Source: Thiolinea sp. (GTDB lineage Bacteria > Pseudomonadota > Gammaproteobacteria > Thiotrichales > Thiotrichaceae). From it: 24,000 bases of DNA. This document shows positions 1 to 9,074 of the stretch, in pieces. The translations under genes and the position numbers were made by a program. Below the pieces are notes generated by a model. It was not told the DNA's origin. It did no database searches and saw only the letters and a list, made by a program, of their open reading frames with translations. Within the stretch, counting starts at the first letter, position 1. Every line of letters starts with the position of its first letter. The stretch covers positions 520,056 through 544,055 of the forward strand of contig JAWLAK010000001.1 of assembly GCA_041395485.1 (NCBI GenBank), read 5' to 3'.

Positions 1-50
1 GGCAAGCAGTAAAATCACCCGAATAATCAGCGTTATGGATACCCTGTGGA

Positions 51-86
51 AAACACCGGCTTGCTGCGTCATAGCCGGTGTTTTTT
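51..86 (+). terminator. Rho-independent terminator of a gene ending upstream of the window
   Basis: The 8-bp stem CACCGGCT (54-61) pairs with AGCCGGTG (73-80) across an 11-nt loop. It is followed directly by TTTTTT (81-86). Confidence 0.6.
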
Positions 87-220
87 GTTGCGGCTATTCT
101 CGCTCCGGTCGTTGCCGTGCTATCCTTTCCCTTTTGACTTAATGGCTGTTAAGCAGCGTGTCAGGGCTCTGACAAGTGATTCTGACATGCCAAAATGCAT
201 AATTTTTGGGAGAAACAACG

Positions 221-1144
221 ATGTCGATGGCCGATCGTGATGGTCTAATCTGGCTTGATGGAGAAATGGTGCCGTGGCGCGAAGCCAAGGTGCATGTACT
301 AACGCATACCCTGCATTACGGCATGGGCGTGTTTGAAGGTGTGCGTGCTTATGAAACGGCATCCGGCCCGGCAATTTTCCGCCTGCAGGATCACACGGAT
401 CGCCTGTTTAATTCCGCCAAAATCATGCGTATGGCCATGCCGTACAGTAAGGACGAATTGAATGAAGTCCAGAAAGCGGTGGTGCGGGAAAATAACCTCA
501 AGTCGGCCTATATCCGTCCGATGTGCTTTTATGGCTCAGAAGGCATGGGCCTGCGTGCCGATAATCTGAATGTGCACTGCATGGTGGCGGCCTGGGAATG
601 GGGCGCTTATCTGGGTGCGGATAATATGCAGAACGGTATCCGCATTAAGACTTCTTCCTTTACCCGTCATCACGTCAATATCACGATGTGTAAATCCAAG
701 GCCAACGGTAACTACATTAACTCGATGCTGGCGCTGCGTGAGGCGCTGGATGATGGTTATGATGAGGCATTGCTGCTGGATAATGAAGGCTATGTGGCTG
801 AAGGCAGCGGTGAGAACTTCTTTATCGTTAAGAAAGGCGTGATCTATACGCCGGATCTGACCTCGGCGCTGGATGGCATTACCCGCCAGACTCTGCTGCG
901 CCTGGCCAATGATCTGGGCATCAAAATCGTCGAGAAGCGTCTGACCCGTGATGAAGTGTATATTGCTGATGAAGCCTTCTTCAGCGGTACGGCAGCGGAA
1001 GTCACCCCGATCCGTGAGCTGGATCGGCGCACTATCGGCAGCGGTACCCGTGGCCCGGTGACTGAAAAGCTGCAGAGTCTGTATTTCGATATTGTGCAGG
1101 GCCGCAATGCTGAATACAGCGACTGGCTGACAGAAGTTAAGTGA
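221..1144 (+). CDS. ilvE: Branched-chain amino acid aminotransferase (class IV PLP aminotransferase)
   Basis: The translation (DGLIWLDGEMVPWREAKVHVLTHTLHYGMGVFEGVRAY ... EGSGENFF ... FFSGTAAEVTPIRELD) reads as IlvE. ATG 221 is preceded by GGGAGA at 208-213. The TTG-206 start in the ORF track is less likely. Confidence 0.93.
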   Translation: MSMADRDGLIWLDGEMVPWREAKVHVLTHTLHYGMGVFEGVRAYETASGPAIFRLQDHTDRLFNSAKIMRMAMPYSKDELNEVQKAVVRENNLKSAYIRPMCFYGSEGMGLRADNLNVHCMVAAWEWGAYLGADNMQNGIRIKTSSFTRHHVNITMCKSKANGNYINSMLALREALDDGYDEALLLDNEGYVAEGSGENFFIVKKGVIYTPDLTSALDGITRQTLLRLANDLGIKIVEKRLTRDEVYIADEAFFSGTAAEVTPIRELDRRTIGSGTRGPVTEKLQSLYFDIVQGRNAEYSDWLTEVK

Positions 1145-1350
1145 TGAGCAAACCGGAGCTGGCTGATTATCAGCGTCTGAACGAAGAGCGCGAAAAAGTG
1201 GTCAGCCGCAGTGACCTGCCGCTGCACTGCCCGATGGATGAAGACGCACTGTGGTGCGCACATCCCAGGGTATTTTTGCCGATTGAGGACAGCGAGAACA
1301 AAGTTGCCCGCTGCCCTTATTGTGGCACGCTGTACCGGCTGCTGGATTAG
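1144..1350 (+). CDS. Small zinc-finger (zf-CHCC-like) domain protein
   Basis: The 68-aa product contains HCP...WCAHPRVFLPI...ARCPYCGTLY, the HPRV(Y/F)L plus CPYCG pattern of the bacterial zf-CHCC family. Its ATG overlaps the ilvE stop (TGATG), which suggests translational coupling. Confidence 0.72.
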   Translation: MSKPELADYQRLNEEREKVVSRSDLPLHCPMDEDALWCAHPRVFLPIEDSENKVARCPYCGTLYRLLD

Positions 1351-1384
1351 CCATAACTAACCGACATGAAAAGCCTGCTTTAGT

Positions 1385-1425
1385 CCTTCCCCCCTTGCGG
1401 GGGAAGGGTTGGGATGGGGGGTATA
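1385..1425. repeat. GC-rich REP-like palindromic element between convergent genes
   Basis: A perfect 9-bp stem, CCTTCCCCC (1385-1393) with GGGGGAAGG (1399-1407), has a 5-nt loop and is followed by GGTTGGGATGGGGGG. It lies between the zf ORF stop (1350) and the lon stop (1472) and may also act as a bidirectional terminator. Confidence 0.5.
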
Positions 1426-1471
1426 GTAAGACGCTCACAGGCTGATGTGTCTCATTTGTTGATTAGTCGGG

Positions 1472-3901
1472 CTAGTCTTTGTTCTCCAGCGCGACACCGA
1501 TCGCATCCTCTACCCGCTCCAGCCAGACAAACTCCAGTTTTTCCCGCGCATTCTCCGGTACATCTTCCAGATCCTTGCGGTTGCGCGCCGGAAGCATCAC
1601 GGTATGAATCCCGGCCTGTAACGCCGCCAGGCATTTCTCCTTAACCCCGCCAATCGGTAACACCAGACCGCGCAGGCTGATTTCACCGGTCATGGCAACA
1701 TCGCTGCGCACCTTGCGTCCGCTCAGTAATGACACCAGCGAGGTAAAGATGGAAATACCGGCACTCGGGCCGTCCTTGGGAATCGCTCCGGCGGGGACAT
1801 GCAGGTGAATGTCATGCTCATCAAACTGTTGCGGATCAATCTCCCACTCCGCTGCTCTGGCCTTGATCAGGCTTAATGCGGCCCGTGCGCTTTCCTTCAT
1901 CACATCACCGAGCTGGCCGGTAATAATCAGGTTACCCTTGCCAGGTAGCAGAATGGTTTCAATAAACAGAATATCGCCGCCGACCGGTGTCCAGGCGAGC
2001 CCTGTGGCCACACCGGGCGTGCTGGTACGCATGGCGACCTCGTTATCAAAGCGCGGTGCACCGAGAATCTCCGGCAGGTCATCTGCGCGAATCTTCACCT
2101 GTTCCGTATTGTTTTCAGCAATCTGCATCGTGGCATAGCGCATCACTGCCGCCACTTCACGATCCAGATTACGCACCCCGGCCTCACGGGTATAGTCACT
2201 GACAATGCGGCGCAGGGTGGTTTTGTCAATGTCCAGCTGCTCTTCGCTTAAGCCGTGCTCCCTGCGCTGGCGTGCCAGCAGATAGCGGTTGGCAATCTCC
2301 ACTTTTTCATCTTCGGTATAACCAGGCAGGCTGATCACTTCCATGCGATCCCGCAGCGGGCCGGGAATGGCGTCGAGTACATTGGCGGTGGCAATAAACA
2401 CCACCTTGCTCAGATCAAACGGCAGCGCCAGATAGTTGTCACGGAAGGTATTGTTCTGTGCCGGATCCAGCACTTCCAGCAATGCTGAGGCCGGGTCACC
2501 GTGAAAACCGCCGCCGCCGAGTTTATCCAGTTCATCCAGCATGAAAACCGGGTTGCGGGTACCCGCCTTGCGCAGTTCCTGCAGGATGTTGCCCGGCAAT
2601 GCGCCCATATAGGTGCGCCGGTGGCCGCGAATTTCTGCTTCATCATGAGTACCGCCCAGGCTGGCGCGGACAAATTTCAGTCCCAGTGCTCGGGCGATAC
2701 TTTGTCCCAGCGAGGTTTTACCGACACCGGGCGGGCCGACAAAACACAGGATCGGGCTGCGTCCCTGTGGATTCAGTTTGCGCACGGCCAGATATTCCAG
2801 CAGGCGTTTCTTGATCTTTTCCAGTCCGTAGTGGTCGGCATCCAGTACTTCTCGGGCTTTGGCAATATCAATACTTTCCTCATCCAGCTTGCTCCAGGGT
2901 AAGCTGGTCAGCCAGTCCAGATAAGTGCGGATCATCGAGTACTCACCGGAGGATTCTGGCATTTTCTGCAGACGCCTGAGTTCCTTGGCTGCCTGTTGAG
3001 CGGCTTCTTCGGGCATATCCGCTTCAGCAATCGCCTGTTTCAGTTCTTCGATTTCAGCCTGATTATCATCGGTATCATCCTCGCCCAGCTCTTTCTGAAT
3101 CGCTTTCAGACGCTCGCGCAGCATGTATTCACGCTGGCGGGCATCCATCGACTGTTTGGTCTGCTGATCAATTTCATGGGTCAGCTTCAGTACTTCCAGA
3201 TGATGGCGAACGTGTTCCGCGACTTTATCCAGGCGCTGATGTATGTCCAGTGTTTCCAGTAATTTCTGCTTTTCATGCGGGCCGACGTCGAGAAAATTGC
3301 TGACCAGATCGGCCAGCTCCCCGGCGGATTCCATGCTCTGAATGGCAGCGACAATTTCCGTCGGTACCTGCGGCAGCAGGCGCAGCACTTCGCCGGACTT
3401 TTCCTGCACATGGCGCATCAGCGCGCGGATTTCGGTGTCGTCATCGCTTGCATCCGGCAGCATTTCCACCTCAGCAGTCAGAAACGGGCTGCTGGTTTTA
3501 TAGCTTTTGATGCGGAAGCGCTGCTCGCCCTGTACCACCAGATGATGGGCACCATCCTGTGTGGTGACATAACGCAAAATATTGGCAACCGTGCCGATGG
3601 CGTACAGATCATCGGCCTGCGGATCATCCACTTCCGGCTTGCTTTGCAGCAACACCCCGATTTGCAGGCCGTTGTTTACCGCCTGCTGGGCAGCAGCCAG
3701 TGACTGTGTGCGGCCAATGGTGATGGGCATAGCCATGCCGGGAAACAGCACTACATTGCGCATGGGGATCAGGATCAGCTGGTTATCCGCCAGTTGGACT
3801 GTGTTTGGTGCACCGTTCTGAGTGCTGCTGTCGGTTTGTCCGATTTGTCCTGCTTGTGTGTCTTGTGCAGGCCGGGAGTTTGTCTCGTTGCTGTCGTTCA
3901 T
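1472..3901 (-). CDS. lon: ATP-dependent Lon protease (endopeptidase La)
   Basis: The 809-aa product has Walker [20 protein letters not shown], a Walker B region FMLDELDKL, and the protease serine motif [15 protein letters not shown] lies 7 nt upstream of the ATG at 3901. Confidence 0.95.
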   Translation of the reverse strand: MNDSNETNSRPAQDTQAGQIGQTDSSTQNGAPNTVQLADNQLILIPMRNVVLFPGMAMPITIGRTQSLAAAQQAVNNGLQIGVLLQSKPEVDDPQADDLYAIGTVANILRYVTTQDGAHHLVVQGEQRFRIKSYKTSSPFLTAEVEMLPDASDDDTEIRALMRHVQEKSGEVLRLLPQVPTEIVAAIQSMESAGELADLVSNFLDVGPHEKQKLLETLDIHQRLDKVAEHVRHHLEVLKLTHEIDQQTKQSMDARQREYMLRERLKAIQKELGEDDTDDNQAEIEELKQAIAEADMPEEAAQQAAKELRRLQKMPESSGEYSMIRTYLDWLTSLPWSKLDEESIDIAKAREVLDADHYGLEKIKKRLLEYLAVRKLNPQGRSPILCFVGPPGVGKTSLGQSIARALGLKFVRASLGGTHDEAEIRGHRRTYMGALPGNILQELRKAGTRNPVFMLDELDKLGGGGFHGDPASALLEVLDPAQNNTFRDNYLALPFDLSKVVFIATANVLDAIPGPLRDRMEVISLPGYTEDEKVEIANRYLLARQRREHGLSEEQLDIDKTTLRRIVSDYTREAGVRNLDREVAAVMRYATMQIAENNTEQVKIRADDLPEILGAPRFDNEVAMRTSTPGVATGLAWTPVGGDILFIETILLPGKGNLIITGQLGDVMKESARAALSLIKARAAEWEIDPQQFDEHDIHLHVPAGAIPKDGPSAGISIFTSLVSLLSGRKVRSDVAMTGEISLRGLVLPIGGVKEKCLAALQAGIHTVMLPARNRKDLEDVPENAREKLEFVWLERVEDAIGVALENKD

Positions 3902-3912
3902 GTCGGCACTCC

Positions 3913-4332
3913 TTAAATTTTACGCAGATGCAGGTGCAGGCAGCCATGCAGCAGGCCATGATCAGCCAGCTCATACTGCCCGGCAGGCAGCGGAATGCTG
4001 CGTTCAAAATGGCCGTAGGGCAGCTCCAGCCGGTGAATGTGTGTATTGTGCCGTGCCGAACGGGATGGCGGGCGCGTACCGCTGACAATCAGCCTGCCGC
4101 CGCTGAGGTGAACCTCAACCCGCTCCGGTGCCACACCGGGCAGGGCGACGGTGATCAGCAGGGACTCCGGTGTTTCCAGTACATCAACCGGCGGTTCCCA
4201 GGTTGGATTCTGCCGGGTGATGCGGCGAAAACACTGGCGCTGCAGACGCTCTGCTTCCTGCAGCATTTCAAAAGCTTCAGTCCAGCCGGACTTGATGGGA
4301 CGGTAAGGCATATGGTCAGTGGCCCGTATCAA
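3913..4332 (-). CDS. Hsp20/alpha-crystallin family small heat-shock protein
   Basis: The alpha-crystallin core is PPVDVLETPESLLITVALPGVAPERVEVHLSGGRLIVSG...HRLELPYGHFERSIPLP. The stop is 11 nt before the lon ATG. The start is ambiguous: TTG 4332 has a strong AAGGAAG 6 nt upstream, while ATG 4311 and ATG 4353 have no obvious SD. Confidence 0.85.
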   Translation of the reverse strand: MIRATDHMPYRPIKSGWTEAFEMLQEAERLQRQCFRRITRQNPTWEPPVDVLETPESLLITVALPGVAPERVEVHLSGGRLIVSGTRPPSRSARHNTHIHRLELPYGHFERSIPLPAGQYELADHGLLHGCLHLHLRKI

Positions 4333-4348
4333 AATAATCTTCCTTATT

Positions 4349-4378
4349 AACATAGGTGCTGATAAGGAAATTTCAATT
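4349..4378 (-). promoter_or_regulatory. Candidate sigma-32 (heat-shock) type promoter for hsp20-lon
   Basis: The minus strand reads aaTTGAAA-N14-CCTATGTT, against the consensus TTGAAA-N13-15-CCCCATnT. One caveat: the implied transcription start would clip the AAGGAAG SD of the TTG-4332 start, so either this promoter or that start may be wrong. Confidence 0.3.
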
Positions 4379-4460
4379 CGTGGGGTTATTGGCCGGGGAG
4401 GATAGCAGGGGGGGAAGATTGTTGGGCAGTGAGACGAAGGGGAGAATAAGGGCGGATGAA

Positions 4461-4489
4461 CCGCACCTCTCCGGATCAGAAAGGTGCGG
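4461..4489 (-). terminator. Hairpin downstream of phaC, possibly a weak terminator
   Basis: An 8-bp stem, CCGCACCT (4461-4468) with AGGTGCGG (4482-4489), has a 13-nt loop and sits 40 nt past the phaC stop. No U-tract follows on either strand. Confidence 0.25.
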
Positions 4490-4528
4490 AATCAAGTGAA
4501 GCAATCAGCGGAAGGAATTAGCGGTTGC

Positions 4529-6427
4529 TTAGCTTTTCTTAGCCGGTGGTTTTTTTGCCGCAGGCTTGCGTGCTGCTGTCTTTTTGGCCGGTGCTTTCTT
4601 CGCCGGCAATTCAGTATACTCCAGCTTCGGCGTAGGCTCGTTCATCTTGCACTTAACGTAAGAACCCGGTGCGTCCTCAAGCGGCGACAGCTTGCCATCA
4701 CCCGGTGCACGTGCATCGACCTGTTCATCAGACAGGGTGCGTACCCAGCGATCCCATTCCGGCCACCATGAACCTTCATGCTGCTCTGCCTTTTCCAGCC
4801 AGGCTTCCGCAGTTTCCGGCAGTTCACCTGTGGTGGTTTTGTAACCGTATTTATTTGCTGCAGGCGGGTTGACGATACCGGCAATATGGCCGGAGCCACC
4901 CAGAATAAAGCGGGCTTCCGGCAGCATGCGTGCACCCATATAAGTTGATTTCCAGGGTGCGATATGGTCATCGACCGTGGAAATAAAGCAGGCCGGTACA
5001 TCTATCTTACTCAGATCAACTGCTTCACCATCGATGGTCAGTGCCTGTGGCTGGCACAGACTGTTGTTCAGGTAGAGGTTGCGCAGATACCAGGAGTGCA
5101 TTTTGGCTGGCAGGCGGGTTGAGTCGGAGTTCCAGTACAGTAAGTCGAACGGACGCGGATCATTACCCAGCAGGTAGTTATTCACGTAGAACGACCAGAT
5201 CAGGTCATTGGCACGCAGCAGATTAAAGGCTCCGGCCATTTTGCTGCCTTCCAGGTAACCTTTCTCATTCATGGTCTCTTCGAGGCTGGAAATCTGTTCA
5301 TCATCGATAAACAGCCCCAACTCGCCCGGTTCAGAAAAGTCGAGCATGGTGGTAAAGAAGGTGGCACTCTTAATGCGTTCATCACCTCTGCTTTTCATCA
5401 CCGCCAGCGCCGTGGATAGCAGGGTTCCGCCGATGCAGTAGCTGACCGCATTGATTTCACTTTCGCCACTGTCGTACTCAACCGCATCAACTGCTGTCAG
5501 CACACCTTCGGTGATGTAGTCCTCAAAACCGGTATCCACATAGCTTTCATCCGGATTGACCCAGGAAATTACATATACGGTATGGCCCTGGTCGACCAGC
5601 CATTTCAGCCATGAGTTCTTGGGTTGCAGGTCAAGAATATAAAACTTGTTGATGCATGGCGGCACCATCAGCAACGGACGCTTCAGTACTTTGCCGGTGG
5701 TTGGTGTGTATTGGATCAGCTGGAACATGCGGTTCTGGAAAATGACTTTTCCCGGTGTGGCACCGACATTCTTGCCCAGCTCAAAGGCTTTGGTGTCAGT
5801 CATGCGGATGCGTAATTCACCGTCACCGGCTTCCAGATCTTCCAGCATGTTTTTCAGGCCGTGTACCAGATTCGCGCCTTTGGTTTCCTTGATCTTCTCC
5901 AGTACGGCCGGATTAGTCAGGGCAAAGTTGGTCGGTGACATGGCATCCATGGCCCGTTCAGTGAAGAACTTGATGCGTTCGGAGGTATGTTCATCCAGCC
6001 CTTCGGTATCACTGACCAGGTTGCGTGCCCACTCGGAAGTCAGCAGATAGGATTGCTTGATCACATCAAAGACCGGGCTTTCCGCCCACTCATCATGGTT
6101 GAAACGACGGTCGCCTTTAGGCACCTCTGCAACCGGTTTTTCTGCTTTCTGCCCCATGAAAGCCTGCATTGCCTGCTGGCTCAGCTGCATGGATTTCTGC
6201 CAGTAGTCCATATTGGCCTGAATCATCTTTTCCGGGTTCTGGCTGGCAGCAGCAAACCAGTCCATATACAGCTGGCTCAGGTTGAACGGATCCAGCTTCA
6301 TATTCTCATAAGATTTGGCAAAATCAGCCATAATCTCTTCAACTTGCTTGAAGTTTTCTTCCAGCTCTTTGGTTACTGAGGCAAAGCCCAGTGTATTGAT
6401 CTTATCCGTCTGTGTTGCGTCAGACAT
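4529..6427 (-). CDS. phaC: Class I poly(3-hydroxyalkanoate) synthase with a lysine/alanine/proline-rich C-terminal tail
   Basis: The 632-aa product has the lipase-like box VSYCIGGTLL and typical PhaC blocks (RPLLMVPPCINKFYILDL, WNSDSTRLPAKMHSWYLR, GGSGHIAGIVNPP). ATG 6427 is preceded by AAAGGAGA at 8-nt spacing. The longer 6475 start in the ORF track has no such support. Confidence 0.93.
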   Translation of the reverse strand: MSDATQTDKINTLGFASVTKELEENFKQVEEIMADFAKSYENMKLDPFNLSQLYMDWFAAASQNPEKMIQANMDYWQKSMQLSQQAMQAFMGQKAEKPVAEVPKGDRRFNHDEWAESPVFDVIKQSYLLTSEWARNLVSDTEGLDEHTSERIKFFTERAMDAMSPTNFALTNPAVLEKIKETKGANLVHGLKNMLEDLEAGDGELRIRMTDTKAFELGKNVGATPGKVIFQNRMFQLIQYTPTTGKVLKRPLLMVPPCINKFYILDLQPKNSWLKWLVDQGHTVYVISWVNPDESYVDTGFEDYITEGVLTAVDAVEYDSGESEINAVSYCIGGTLLSTALAVMKSRGDERIKSATFFTTMLDFSEPGELGLFIDDEQISSLEETMNEKGYLEGSKMAGAFNLLRANDLIWSFYVNNYLLGNDPRPFDLLYWNSDSTRLPAKMHSWYLRNLYLNNSLCQPQALTIDGEAVDLSKIDVPACFISTVDDHIAPWKSTYMGARMLPEARFILGGSGHIAGIVNPPAANKYGYKTTTGELPETAEAWLEKAEQHEGSWWPEWDRWVRTLSDEQVDARAPGDGKLSPLEDAPGSYVKCKMNEPTPKLEYTELPAKKAPAKKTAARKPAAKKPPAKKS

Positions 6428-6575
6428 ACAGAAAGTCTCCTTTGATGCGGTTGAACGGGCCTGTGGCAGAGCCATACATACAGATGTTTATATGTATGGC
6501 TCAAGTATGGTTCACGTTATTTTAATAATAATGATTATACGTGACAGGCTTGCTTTAAACACGTCTAAAACACGC

Positions 6576-8015
6576 TTAAAACAAACCTTTATTTATCAGC
6601 ATGTGTGCGGCGATACTGCCGGCATAACCCAATGCAATGGCCGGTGTCCACTTCAGATGGCTGCCAAAAGTATAAACGCCGTGTGATTGCCCCATCAATG
6701 CCACCCCGGCGGCTGAGCCGATGGATAACATACTGCCGCCGACGCCTGCAGTCAGGGTGACCAGCAACCACTGGCCGACAGACATGGACGGATCCATGGT
6801 CAGCACTGCAAACATCACCGGAATATTATCCACCAGCGCGGATAAAATACCGACACCGATATTGGCGTAAGTGGCTCCCCAGGTGCCGTACATCAGTTCT
6901 GAAGTCAACCCCAGATAGCCGATAAAACCCAGACCGCCAACGCACATGACCACACCGTAGAAAAATAACAGAGTGTCCCATTCCGAGCGCGATACTTTGG
7001 TGAAAATATCGAAAGGCACCATGCTGCCCAGGCGTTGATTGTGATACAGCTCTTCTTCGGTCATCTGATATTTCTGCAGAACCTTGTCTTTGTTAAAGGT
7101 TTGTTTCAGGTAGTAACCATAGAATTGCAGATAACCCAGACCGGTGAACATGCCCAGTACCGGTGGCAGATGCAGATAGTTGTGAAACATGACTGCTGTA
7201 ATGATCGTCAGCATGAACAGGCCGACAATTTGCAGACCTCCCCGTTTCAGCAGTACCTGCTCATTAACCGCTTCCGGCTGCCCTTTGGCAACAGCGAAAT
7301 GCATAATGGCAGCCGGGATCAGCCAGTTGAGCAAGGCCGGGATGAACAGCGCAAAAAAGCCCCAGAACTCGATTTTACCTTTCTGCCAGACCATCAGCGT
7401 GGTGATGTCACCGAACGGACTGAAGGCGCCACCGGCATTAGCGGCCACCACAATATTGACGCAACCGAGTGCCACAAAGTTTTTATTGTCACCGCCGACG
7501 GCCATGATCACGGCACACATCAATAATGCTGTGGTCAGGTTGTCTGCCACGGGCGAAATAACGAAAGCCAGCAGGCCGGTCAGCCAGAAAACCTGACGCA
7601 GGCTGAAACCCTTGCCGATCATCCACGCCCGCAGGACTTTAAATACCGCCCGTTCTTCCATCGCATTCACGTAGGTCATGGCGACCAGCAGGAACAGGGC
7701 CAGTTCGGCATATTCCAGCAGGTTATGGCGTGCCTGTTCTGCGGGAAGATGACTCAGGTCAGTTCCTGCATACACCAGCGCAATCGCTACCCAGATCATA
7801 CCGGCAGCGATAATGACCGGTTTGGATTTACGTAATGCGGTGACTTCTTCCAGCGCAACCAGAACATAGGCGGCAATAAACAACAGAAGTGCAAACAGGC
7901 CGACAAAATGCGTTGTCAGATCCAGGGGTGTTCCTCCGGTTCCTCCTGTGGAGGCAGACGCGAAACCGGGTAGTAATAATAGTGGCAGGAAGGCCAGCAG
8001 GCGGGTCAGTAACAT
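6576..8015 (-). CDS. nhaD: NhaD-type Na+/H+ antiporter (ArsB/NhaD permease superfamily)
   Basis: The 479-aa polytopic membrane protein has an N-terminal signal-like segment MLLTRLLAFLPLLLLPGFASA and the NhaD-like block EEVTALRKSKPVIIAAGMIW. ATG 8015 is preceded by AAGGA. The 52-aa upstream extension in the ORF track is non-membrane and has no SD. Confidence 0.8.
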   Translation of the reverse strand: MLLTRLLAFLPLLLLPGFASASTGGTGGTPLDLTTHFVGLFALLLFIAAYVLVALEEVTALRKSKPVIIAAGMIWVAIALVYAGTDLSHLPAEQARHNLLEYAELALFLLVAMTYVNAMEERAVFKVLRAWMIGKGFSLRQVFWLTGLLAFVISPVADNLTTALLMCAVIMAVGGDNKNFVALGCVNIVVAANAGGAFSPFGDITTLMVWQKGKIEFWGFFALFIPALLNWLIPAAIMHFAVAKGQPEAVNEQVLLKRGGLQIVGLFMLTIITAVMFHNYLHLPPVLGMFTGLGYLQFYGYYLKQTFNKDKVLQKYQMTEEELYHNQRLGSMVPFDIFTKVSRSEWDTLLFFYGVVMCVGGLGFIGYLGLTSELMYGTWGATYANIGVGILSALVDNIPVMFAVLTMDPSMSVGQWLLVTLTAGVGGSMLSIGSAAGVALMGQSHGVYTFGSHLKWTPAIALGYAGSIAAHMLINKGLF

Positions 8016-8154
8016 TGTGTTTATCCTTTGTGATGAGTACTGGGAAATACTGCGGTGTTCCTCAGTTTGGTATCCGGTGCGGGATAATAACAATGGGGTT
8101 GTGGCATCGCAATGCAATATGTTGATTGCGGATAGTTGAGCTTTGTTTTTAAAC

Positions 8155-8182
8155 GAAAAAACCCCGGCCATCAGACCGGGGC
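8155..8182 (-). terminator. Rho-independent terminator of the secreted-protein gene
   Basis: The minus strand reads GCCCCGG-tctgatgg-CCGGGG followed by TTTTTT. The stem arms are 8162-8167 and 8176-8181, and the T-run is 8155-8160. Confidence 0.6.
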
Positions 8183-8275
8183 AAAGAGAGTAACACTTAG
8201 AAAGTTCGGGTTAGTCAATTTGAAACATGATAAATCTGTGGGTACCAGGTAGCGGTGTTGCCCGCCACCTGAGTG

Positions 8276-9049
8276 TTACTGCTGACAGCTCAGCTGGCTT
8301 TTCAGGTTGTCAATCGCTGCGTCATAGCGCTGATGGAGGTAAACCGGTGCCGCTTCCCGCAGTGCCTGCAGACGATCAATCCGGTTCAGATAAAACTGAT
8401 CCTGACTGGTGTACTCACAGCCTTGTGTCTCCGGCTGTGTTTCCGGCTGTGGTTCAGGGTTCTGTACCACCACCCGGTTGCAATTAATTTCCTCGCCATA
8501 GTTGCCGGTATAGGCATTGGACATCATCCAGCCCAGATTCATGAAATCATTGCCGGGGTTGGTATGGGCTGAGTTGGGCAGCTGGCTGAAGGCATCGCTG
8601 TTGTCAATCAGTTTCACCCGCGCATCACAGCCGGAGGCGCTGTTAAAACTAAAGATTTTCTTTTCCTGTCCGGCAACCCAGCCAAATTCAGGCGGTGTGT
8701 CACCGCTGAAACTGTAATTCAGCGAAATATAATCGGCCTGACGGTTTTCAGCCGGGGCATCAATCCGTGAGTTGGCTCCCCAGTGTGCATCGGTAATCTG
8801 ACTCTGCACATTCTCAACCGTAAAGCGGTTCTGCTCATCATGCGGTACTACCAGCGTGACCTGTGCGGACAGCAATATGTCGCGGGAAGGCGCTGAATCC
8901 GGTGTCATATAAACGGCATAGCTATTATCAGCGGCATCAAAACCGATTCTGTACTGGATAGCGGCACTGGCCTGGGTCGTGGTAAACGCTAACAGAGAAA
9001 AAGCAGCGGCTTTCAGGATAGCAGGTACATTCAGCTTAGAATTTTTCAT
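8276..9049 (-). CDS. Secreted hypothetical protein with a Sec signal peptide
   Basis: The signal peptide is MKNSKLNVPAILKAAAFSLLAFTTTQASA|A with an AXA cleavage site. A beta-rich body is followed by a PEPQPETQPETQ linker and a Cys-bracketed helical C-terminal segment of about 45 aa. I did not recognise a family. ATG 9049 is preferred over GTG 9058. Confidence 0.7.
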   Translation of the reverse strand: MKNSKLNVPAILKAAAFSLLAFTTTQASAAIQYRIGFDAADNSYAVYMTPDSAPSRDILLSAQVTLVVPHDEQNRFTVENVQSQITDAHWGANSRIDAPAENRQADYISLNYSFSGDTPPEFGWVAGQEKKIFSFNSASGCDARVKLIDNSDAFSQLPNSAHTNPGNDFMNLGWMMSNAYTGNYGEEINCNRVVVQNPEPQPETQPETQGCEYTSQDQFYLNRIDRLQALREAAPVYLHQRYDAAIDNLKSQLSCQQ

Positions 9050-9063
9050 GGGGAACACTCTCT

Positions 9064-9074
9064 TTAATTTTATT
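9064..9074. repeat. Left copy of the 11-bp direct repeat TTAATTTTATT abutting the intron 5' end
   Basis: This is an exact match to 11004-11014. It ends immediately before GTGTACG at 9075. Confidence 0.85.

Noticed and set aside
46-374. Small ORFs 46-240 (+) and 120-374 (-) upstream of and overlapping the ilvE start
   Set aside because: The first spans a terminator hairpin and the ilvE leader. The second is antisense to the ilvE N-terminus. Neither has an SD or a plausible sequence.
3805-4350. A 181-aa plus-strand ORF (and 3822-4085) overlapping hsp20
   Set aside because: It is antisense to a gene with a clear alpha-crystallin domain. The sequence is Cys/Arg-rich and implausible, with no SD.
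6428-6475. A 16-aa N-terminal extension of phaC
   Set aside because: A strong SD (AAAGGAGA) sits inside the extension, 8 nt upstream of ATG 6427.
8016-8171. A 52-aa N-terminal extension of the NhaD-type transporter
   Set aside because: The extension is hydrophilic, has no SD, and would run through the terminator hairpin of the upstream gene. ATG 8015 has an AAGGA SD and begins the signal-like hydrophobic segment.
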